From the IMG/VR virus record IMGVR_UViG_3300031949_001696: a stretch of 64,000 bases of DNA, one strand, 5' to 3'. Made by a program: the position numbers and the translations under genes. Each line of letters opens with the position of its first letter. Positions within the stretch are counted from its first letter, which is position 1. A model generated the notes under the pieces. That model worked only from the letters and a program-made list of their open reading frames with translations, was not told the DNA's origin and ran no database searches. The DNA comes from a virus (lineage: Duplodnaviria > Caudoviricetes). Of the stretch, positions 55,236 through 64,000 are shown piece by piece.

Positions 55236-58200
55236 TCAAGCGCGGGGCGCGAAGCCCGCTGCGAGTCCATGCACCTTGCAGACGAACAGCGCGCCCTCGG
55301 GGTTCTCGCCGACGTACGTGACCCTGAGTCGGAGATCGCAGTCCGGTGGCACCGTTTCGAACATGAAGGTAGCGGACTCCTCCACGAAGACGGCGCCCGG
55401 AACTCCAGACGTGTCCTCCTTCGACCGCTTGAACAACTTTTTGGGCTTCACCTGGGAACGGTTGGCGACGAGCACGTCGAGCACCAGCCAGTGGGTGGCG
55501 TTCTCGATCTCGAACCGTCTCGGTCCGAACGTCGTTTCCGCGCGCTCACAGATCTCCACAAACATGCCCTTGGTGATGCGGTCGTCGGACTTGAGCATCA
55601 TCGAGGACTCGTGCGTCGCGAACGCGCCGATGTTCTCGCGCGCGACGCCGGGCAAGAAGTCCGCGAGCGCGCCGATGCAGCGATCGCAGAGGTGAACGCC
55701 TTCGATCGAGTATCCGCGTCCTGAAATCCCCAGCTGTATCCATGCCGCGAACTCGTGGTGTCCCTTCGAGTCGGGCCCATCGTCGATGGGGGCTGCGCGC
55801 TTGCAGTGATCGCACGAGGTCAGATGTTTGGTTGACATGGCGACGTTCTATCACGCCGTGTCACAGCTAGACGATCGTGCCGATCTGCCCGAGATCTCGT
55901 CGGGGTTGTGTGGGTGCAGCGTGGTGCGGTAGTTGTGGGGTCAGGAAGTCATGGATCAGCTGTATGTGCACTCCTCCGCGGCATTCTCGCTCATTTGCGG
56001 CGACCCGAGACCAGGACCACGCTGCCGCACTGAAGGCACACGCGCTGGTGCTTCCGTAAGCCGCCGTGCGTGCCGAGGCGATGCGCGGGATGCGGGCAGG
56101 GCGGGGATGGTGCGTCGACGTCGACGTCGACGTCGGCCTCGGCAGTGGTGTTGACGTCAGGTTTCTTCGCCACGAACATGCCCTCCTAGTTGCCCCACAT
56201 CGCCACCTTCGGGAGAACCTTGCCGCGGTTCGCGACTACGTACTCCTTCGCAGCGCGCATCGCGTCCTTCGCGGAGTGCGTGGGCCGGTGGCTGATGGGG
56301 ACTACTCCCTCCGACGTCACGAGGCGCGCGTACCATGCCTTGCCCCCAGGGAACGACGCGCGGAACACGTGGATCTCGGCGGGTGCCCCGGTGTCGGTCA
56401 AGATCGGCCACGTCTGTAGCAGTCGTTCTTTCATCAGCTAGGCGACGAGCCAGGGCCGCGGTCCTGACAGCTTTCTTTGCGGGATCTCGACGAACGTCCA
56501 GGCGCCGCAGCAGTCGAACAGCGCGGCGGTCATTCCCACCGGCCGATCGTGGGGATCCACTGGACGCGCGTGTCCATCTGCCAGTCTTCCGCCCAGATGT
56601 CACCCGCGGAGCCGACAAACAGCTCCCAGAACATCGTCTGCGCCTCCGTGAAGGTCATGAACGCCTCGTAGGCCCGGGCATCCCGCGTCCGCAACTCGTC
56701 GAGAGTCAATCGCTGCCGCTCGACGCGATGGTGCTGGCGCTTCACGACAGCTCCCCCTGCGGGATCTCGACGAACGCCCACACGCCGCCGCAGTCGAACA
56801 GCCAGAGGTCACCGTCGGGCGTGGCCTGGAGCTTGGCGGTCATCACGTAGGCGTCGGCGATGCCCGCCTTGCCATGCACGCGGACCTGGCGGTCGTCGAG
56901 CACCGTGTAGTGCTTCTCGTCGCCCAATTCGAGGAGAATGTCCAGGACGCGCCGGAACTCGGCGAGCGGCAGGTGCGGGCACGCAAAGCCGTTCCAGCGC
57001 CGGTCGTCGGTGTAGCCGGAGAACGTCCGGCCGGAGTCGTCGTCCCTGAAGCGTACGACGATGGATCGAAACAGGAGGACTTCAGACAGTGCCATCGCTA
57101 TCCTTCCTTCCGCAGCTCGCCGCGAGCGAGCCGCTTCTCTATGGCGACGATCCATCCCTCGTCGGCGAAGTTGTACGAGAGATGGCCGTCGCGCGCATCG
57201 ACGAACTCGACGCGGCCATCGGCGTAGAGCGTGAACGACTTCCACGCGTGATGCTCACCAGTGACGACGTAGGTGCCGGGCGCGATCACGACGTTTCCGC
57301 CAGTCGTGATCGCACCTCACACTGTCGACAGACGCCGGTGCGCGTCATCGGATGCTCGGTCCTTTTCCGTCCAAGAGATCCCACGCGGGCGATCCGTGCT
57401 CGGCACACCACCGACCGAGAGCGTCGAGATACGGCTGCATTCCCATCGACTGCTCGTAGTGGCGCACGAGGACCGTCTGCACTCCGCTCGGCGCGATGTC
57501 GACGAGCGGCATCTCGTGCTGCGCCGGCCGGCAGTTCGGGCCAAGGAAGAAGTCGACGTAGCCCGGATCGAGGCAGCGGCCCTCGATCTGCTCGAAGCGG
57601 CGGACGACGTCGCCGGCCTCGGAAAGGAGCGCGAGCTGGAGCCGCTCACCGCGGGGGTTACCGCTCGGGCCGAGCGAGAGCACCCACAGCCCGAGGTGCC
57701 CGTAGCGCGGAGACGGTCGGCCGGTGGAGGGAAGTTTTCGCGTCATTGGTTAACGCTCCTCTTGGGCATGCTCGTCTCTCGCGGCGATCGTCAGTCCCTG
57801 ATCGTCGAGGAGGCGCTCGACGAACCTCAGACTCAGCGCCGGTTCGAACACGCGGATTTCGTACATGCCGTCCTTGGTCTGAATCGGAAGGCCGTCGGGG
57901 GCGACGAATGCGGCGGTGAACCGCATGAGGAGCGGTTCGACGCGCTGTAGCTGCTCGGGCGTGCGCTCGGTCTTGATGTAGAGCTGCACCCACGCGATTT
58001 CTGTCGGCATCACTGGTCTTCTTTCGGGTATTCGATATTGGCGTGTCTGAGGAGCCAGTTGAGCAGCGCGCCGGCCTGGCCCGGTCGCAGCTCGAAGATC
58101 AGGCGCTCGGCGCCGCGTTCGTCGATCGGCACGGAGAACTGAAGCTCGCCGGTCATCGAGACGCGCACGACCAAGAGCGGCGCGTGCAGCTCTCCATCGG

Positions 58201-59807
58201 CACGCACCGGAAACGTACACGCGGAAAGCTCGGCGGCATTCATGCTACGGACCTGGTCACTTGGGACTCGATGCCCACTCGATCATGGTCCGTGCTGCGT
58301 GATCGATCGCTTCGCGCAGCGTGTCGGGATCGTGGGGCTGCGCGATCTCTTCGCTGCGAATCGGATCGACCCACTCCTCGGTGTCGTACTCGCCGAGGTA
58401 GAGCGGACCGTCCATCGCGGTCGCGACGATCTCGCGGTTCGCGGGCGTGACGGTCGTGGTCATGATGAGCGCGGCGCACATGCCACCGGTCTGCGCTAGG
58501 TGGCAGCCGTGCGGACCTTCCCAGGCCAGTTCGGAGATCCGGTAGTGGAGGCGCTGGAGGATCGCGACGTCTGCACGGATCCAGCAGGGCTCGCGGCAGG
58601 TGTCGCACATGGCGAGTAGGTCGCCCTTGGGACAGTCGACCAGCGCTTCGACGTCGAGCGTGCGGAGCTTCGTGAGCCGCTTCTCGTAGTGCGCTCCCTG
58701 CCCCGGAGACTCTTCGAGCTTCTTCTTGTCACAGCCGAGACAGACGATCGCCGCCCACGGCGTGAAACACCCTTGCTTGACGTTCAAGCTGTTCATGGCT
58801 CTCCTCGCGTTTCCAAGATCTCGATCTCGATGCCGGCCCCGATCCCCTGGTAGTAGCGGCGCTCTTTCTCGGCGAGCTTCTCGGCGAGCTGGAGAGAGCC
58901 ACAGAAGCCTGCGAGACACCACTTGCCGTGATGGTGTTTGCATTCGTAGCCATGGTTCGCCTCGTGCGCGGCGGTGAACGTCGGACGGAAGGCCACCACG
59001 TGCGAGTAGACGCGCGCGGTCCCGCGCTTGATGATGCGACCGTCGGGCAGCGTGGCGTAGTAGGTGGTCTTCTTGGTCGACATGGTCGTCACGGCTCCAG
59101 CGTGATGGCGAGAGCGTGCCCGGCGTCGGTCAGCTCGCACGTCCAGCGCTCGCCATCGGATCGACGGCCCAGCTCTCCGTTGTCTTCGAGCTTCACGAGC
59201 CCGGCGGCTTCGAGCGATCGCGCCACCCGGACGTCGGAGCCGGTGACGTAGAAGCCGCGGCCGAGCACGTACTTGAGGAGGGCGCGCCGGGCCGGCGTGA
59301 GGAACTTCGCGAGTTCGGCCGCTGGTGTGGTCTCGGTGATCTTGGCGGACGTCTTCATGGAACCTCCGCCGTCGTCGTCGTTACCGTCGCGGGCGCCACC
59401 TTCGCGACGACCTGCCCCTTCCCTTCGACCAGAGACTGTTTCGCCCGCGCGGCGCGGATCGCTTTCTTGGCCGCGCGCAGCGTAGAAAATGCCTTGTCGG
59501 CCTTGTCCGAGAACAAGCCGCCGATGTGCGCGACGTCGTCAGCGCCCTCGGTGATCACGATGCCGCGGTGCTGCCGTCCCGGACGAGGATCTTGCACGAA
59601 CGCGACGTACGAGTCTGGCCGGCTCGTGCCCTCACCGCCGCGTCCGCTATAGAAGCGCGTGCGGTCGTACGCGATCTTGACCCACGCGACCGCGGCGTCG
59701 GTGTTGAGATCGCCGTCGGCGTTCCGCTCCTGATCGACGGGGATCAGGTACAGGTCCTCGTGGGGATCGTAGCCCTCGCGGAACCACTTGAGCTTCGGCT
59801 TCGTCAT
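55236..59807 (-). other. Minus-strand block of small hypothetical genes
   Basis: Abutting ORFs including 55236..55838, 55991..56179, 56186..56434, 57345..57746, 58010..58243 and 59089..59358. Confidence 0.7.
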
Positions 59808-60358
59808 GCCAGTAGGTAGAGCAGGGAGCGTGCCCGAGCGCGGCCGAGCTAACTCCAGCAGTCGCCAGCTGGGTAGCGGCATACCCGTCTTCCGGTCGTC
59901 ACGATCGTCACGAGCAGCGTGGTCCTCAAGATACTGGGTCTCGGGTACCCGGGCAGTGGCGACCGCAGCGACGACGCGAGCTTGCTCGAACATCCGCCGC
60001 GGTAGGTAGGTCGCCGATCCGACGTGCCAGGTCGTGGAACGCCGACTGCAACCTCGTCGGAGCATGCATGACGACAAGCAATATGTCCTGGTCATCAAGA
60101 ACAAGGGGATCGCCTTCGGTCCGCTGCTAACACGCGACGCTGCGGAGTACGCCGCGCAGGACTACTACGGCACGGCGATCACGGGTGCGAGCGTGAAGGA
60201 CGAGTTCCTGATCGTCGAGCTGCGGCCTGTCGATCCTGTCGCGCTATCGCGCGAGCACGTCGCACACGTGGCGGCCCTGTTGGTCCGCGATGACGAATGA
60301 CTGGTTCGTTCGCGGCTCGCAAGAGATCACCCGCGCAAGGTAAGCTCGACAAAGGACA

Positions 60359-61063
60359 ATGCCGAAGAAGACCGCCGCCCGACTAGATCGCGAGATTGCG
60401 GAAGCGCTCAAGCCTCGCCCACGCAGACACCACGCGACGATGAGTGACTCGTGGAACGTCGCGATGGACGCTCTCTTCGAGCGCGATCCCAAGAGGGCCG
60501 CCGACATCGTGCGGCAGATCCGCGAAGAGCATGGAGCCGCGGTGAAGACGCCCGAGACGTTCAAGGATGCGATGCGCGACGTTCCAGACGCCGTGCGGCA
60601 GCAGTTCAGTTCCGAGCTGCTACGTCCACGCACCGCACGCAACATTGACGTGGGGTCTCACGTCGAAATTCCAACGCATCGCTCGCATGGCGAGGTCATC
60701 AAGATCTATCAAGACAAGGCGTTGGTGCGAATGGCTTCGGGCCTCACGGATCGGTTCAAGCTGGCCGACCTCAAGCTTGCCGGTGTTCGAGGATCACGTT
60801 CAGCGCGACACCATTCAACGAAAGGCTCGGAGCAGATCCACGCGCTTTCGGCCGATCAGCTCGAAGCGCTGCGCGCGTTCGCTGAGGAAAACGGTCGCTC
60901 CTGGAAGTCCAAGCTCAACACCGCGTGGTCGACCGGCCGTTACGACGACTATAGCGGCACCGACGACTACGGCAGCTTGCAGCAGGTCCGCAACAGGTTC
61001 GGACCGGCATGGCTCTCCAGATTCTCATTCGACCGCATCAAGACACACAGCGTGCAGGGCTAA
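60359..61063 (+). CDS. Modular protein: KKTAARLDREIAEAL N-terminus, SH3/KOW-like domain, C-terminal helical domain
   Basis: Modules separated by RRHHAT / RHHST linkers. Confidence 0.65.
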   Translation: MPKKTAARLDREIAEALKPRPRRHHATMSDSWNVAMDALFERDPKRAADIVRQIREEHGAAVKTPETFKDAMRDVPDAVRQQFSSELLRPRTARNIDVGSHVEIPTHRSHGEVIKIYQDKALVRMASGLTDRFKLADLKLAGVRGSRSARHHSTKGSEQIHALSADQLEALRAFAEENGRSWKSKLNTAWSTGRYDDYSGTDDYGSLQQVRNRFGPAWLSRFSFDRIKTHSVQG

Positions 61064-61365
61064 TCGAGAAGACACCTGGCGAGTGACGCATCGCGCTGAT
61101 TATTCGTGCGCTCCGCGCTCGACCGGCTCAAGCGCAGAAAGCTCGTCGTGACCACGCGAGGCATCGATGATCGTGGGCACGAGACGACGTTGTGGGAGCC
61201 CGCGACCTAGCTGGCGGAAGAGGAAGCGGCTCGCACTCCGTGTTAACGTCGAAGCATCCAGTGACAATAAAGAAGATCCACGTGGTCGCCGCAGGGGGCC
61301 TCTTCGGCGTCGGCCTACTCATATGGCGTGCCGCCCGACAAGCCGATCAAGAGAGGAACACTCCG

Positions 61366-61611
61366 ATGGCGAAGAAGACGCGCGCGCAGCTCGATCGCGA
61401 AATCGCCGCGCACCTGCGCCGGTACGGACTACCGAATGGTCGCGCCAAGGGCCGCCACCCCAGCGAGTTCGACCCGGTCCAGCTTCGTCGCGGAATCCAG
61501 GTCGAGCTGGAGCACACGAGGGACCCCGAGATTGCCGCGCGGATCGCGATGGATCACCTGGTCGAAGATCCGCTCTACTACGTGAAGCTCGCGACGATTC
61601 ACGTCGACTGA
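61366..61611 (+). CDS. DUF5661-like protein with KKTRAQLDREIAAHL N-terminus
   Basis: QLRRGIQVELEHT...IAARIAMDHLVEDPLYYVKL; SD GAGAGGA before ATG 61366. Confidence 0.7.
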   Translation: MAKKTRAQLDREIAAHLRRYGLPNGRAKGRHPSEFDPVQLRRGIQVELEHTRDPEIAARIAMDHLVEDPLYYVKLATIHVD

Positions 61612-63199
61612 ACTGAAGAACTTAAAGGGTGAGCTAGATGATGCCATCAATACTACGCTGGAAGAAGGTTGCGGCCGGCGTCTACCACGCGACCTCTCCG
61701 TGGGGCCTCTACACCATCGACGGTACAGGCAGCTACGGGCGGAATCGCTGGACGGTGACCTATCCAGACGGCGACTACGGGATGGCCGACGCACTCGCAG
61801 AAGCCATGCTGTGGGCCGAGTCGGATGCAGAGGAGCGCACTCGGCAACGCGGCTCCGCAGCGCACGCCACGAAGAAGATGCCTGTTGTCGGCCGCAGGTC
61901 CGCGCGCCGCCACGCGGTGATCACCGACGTCGCCGATGACGACAAAGAGCGGGTGATCGCGCTGCTCGGCCAGCGAGACGCGAGCGCGCGTCAAGTGGCG
62001 CGCGACCTACTGCTCCAGCGGGGCATGATCCAGACGGGGCGGGTCAAGCAGCTGATCCCGATCGGCGATTCGTTTTCTGGTTGGATCTTCATGGCCGAGA
62101 TCACGGGACTGGGCCGCTTGGCGGGACCTTCCGGCCATCGATTCTGGGTGGTAGCGCCGTCCTTCAAGGTCGGAGACGTCGTCGACTTCACGACCACGCG
62201 AGAGCCTCCGCCTACGGGCAAGGGTACGAAGCCCAAGCCCCCGACGCAGCAGCTTCATCCAGTCGGGATCTTGACCACGAGCGCGGTCTTTCCCGAGTCA
62301 GTGATTCGGCGTTGGGTCGAGAAGTGGTGGATCGAATGAAGAAGTCATGCTGACGGTATCGAAGGAAGGTCGTCGCGTTGCCGCGATGGTGCTGAACAGC
62401 GCCGTGAAACGGTGTGCGTGGCACAACTCCCCGGGAATCGAGAATCGGATCGTGCAACCCGCGGCCCGCGGCCCAACCAGAACGCGGACGGTCGATCAGG
62501 CGCGCAAGTTGGCTTCAGGCAGCGACGTCGCTTAGAGGTGATAGAGTTTGATCCTTTGGGGCCGGCTACGGGGTGGGCAGCGGTGGCCTCGGCGGACGCG
62601 AGCTGACGGGACGAGAGGTCGTTGTCTACGGCGGCTTGTTGCTGGCCGTTGTCTACTTCGGCCTCAAGGCACTCCCCGACAAACCACCGCAAAGGCCAAC
62701 ACCGCAGCCTTCCCGGCCGACACCGGAACAAAAACCCGTCTCGGTAACATCGGGCCGTGGCATCTATCGATAGCGTGCGTGTCAGATCCAGCCTCGTTCG
62801 GCGTCATGGAGCTAGAGATCCATGTCCATTACCATCAAGCTGCGCGTCACGGTCATCGATGCCACGAACTACCTGTTCGAACTCGTCGATCACGGCGATC
62901 CAAGTTTCACTGCGATCTGCACTGCCTTCTTCGAGGGGCTACAGACCCACGGCGAGGTAAAGCGATGTCCCGAAACAATCGGCGCGATCAGAACGGCGTT
63001 CGTGAGGACCGATCTGTCTAACCATGAATTTCTGGCGAAGGCCGACGAGCTTTTTCGTGACAATGCACGCGCATTCGATCGCGGGCATCACCACATCAAG
63101 AGCTGGGGCGGCGAGAGGCTATTCAAGGAACCATCATCAGGTCCCGCGGAGCTGCTGCCGTCTGCCCGTCACCTTTTGAAGTTGTGGTGACGTGCGCAG

Positions 63200-64000
63200 T
63201 TAAGCAGCGACGTCGTCTTCGATCTCGTCGAGCGCTTGCCGCAGGACCGCCAGGGCCTTCTTCTCGAGCTGCCGGATGCGCTCGCGCGAGAGCCGCATGG
63301 CCTTGCCGACCTCCTTCAGCGTCTCGGGTTCGGAACCGCCGAGCCCGAAGCGCCTCTGCACGATCTGGACGAGCAGCGGCGGTAGACGAACGAGCACCGC
63401 CGCGAGCTGGTCGCCTTCCTCACGCGTCGACAGGATCTCGTCGGCGAGGGCGTCTTCGCTGGCGAGGTAGCTGGGAGTCTCTCCCTCCTCGCTGCCGACC
63501 GAGTCAAACGCGGGAAGCGTCTCGCGGTGCTTGAGCCAGTCGCTTTCCAGCGTCTTGAGGCTCTGCTCGGAACCTTGATCGCGCTCGCGAGCTCGCGGCG
63601 ATCCGGATCGCGGCCGAGCTTCTTACGCAGCTCGACCTTCGCACGCCGGACCTTGGAAGAGAGGTCGTGCAAGTGGACGGGCACGCGCACCTCACCGCTG
63701 TTCTGCCGCGCGCGGACGAGGTAGTGGCGGATCCACCAAGTCGCGAAGGTCGAGAAGCGCAAGCCCCGACGGTAATCGTAGCGTGAGATCGCCTTGAGCA
63801 GACCGAGGTTTCCCTCCTGGATGAGGTCGCTCATCGCGAGGTTCGTCTTGAGGTGATAGCCGTGTCGGCGGATCGTTGACGGCACCAGGCGCAGGTTGCA
63901 GATCGTGAAGCGCTCGCGGATCCGGTCAGCCTCGGCGGCGATCGTGCGCAGCGCGGCGAGTTCGGGAACCAGGCGCTTGTCCTTGGGATCGGCGCTCTCG
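63200..64000 (-). CDS. Sigma70-family sigma factor (5' end outside the window; apparent frameshift near 63570)
   Basis: NLRLV, DLIQEGNLGLLKAISRYDYRRGLRFSTFATWWIR (region 2) and VRVPVH; TLKEVGKAMRLSRERIRQLEKKAL (region 4) lies in another frame. Confidence 0.88.

Larger units (their letters stand above)
1..64000. mobile_element. Segment of a large bacteriophage / phage-like element
   Basis: Dense co-oriented small ORFs with 1-4 bp overlaps and many CxxC zinc-ribbon hypotheticals. No housekeeping operons. Lysis, fibre and sigma-factor genes are present. No capsid, terminase, polymerase or integrase was recognised, so lifestyle is unknown. Confidence 0.85.

Noticed and set aside
1-64000. tRNA/rRNA genes, reverse transcriptase (retron/DGR), integrase
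   Set aside because: No cloverleaf, RT or recombinase motifs were recognised by eye; tRNAscan-SE and HMM scans would be needed to exclude them.

Overview
This window looks like part of a large, high-GC bacteriophage (or phage-like element). It has about 100 short, tightly packed ORFs, mostly hypothetical, with ATGA/GTGA stop-start overlaps. They lie almost entirely on the + strand from 1 to ~46 kb, then in mixed blocks. Recognisable genes are a lysis cassette, three fibre/spike-type genes, a sigma70-family factor, an SF1 helicase, an RNase H-like protein, an HNH-RNA ligase fusion, a kinase/phosphatase pair and several ribbon-helix-helix (RHH) regulators. A myxobacterial-style Fis HTH hints at a Myxococcota host (inference). 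The main system is a minimal type V CRISPR locus at 29580-35717. It has a ~766-aa Cas12m (V-M/V-U1)-like effector that keeps a canonical D-E-D RuvC triad and carries several insertions, a divergent RHH gene, and an array of ~50 repeats directly downstream, with no cas1/cas2 in the window. The array holds an old/new spacer pair differing only at seed positions 5-6, and a repeat-like hairpin overlaps the effector stop codon. Other notable items are an origin-like region with eight CTGTACAG palindromes, two orphan antitoxin fragments lacking DNA-binding domains, and an N-terminal KKTxAQLDREIA peptide shared by unrelated proteins. All family calls come from motifs read by eye; no searches were run.
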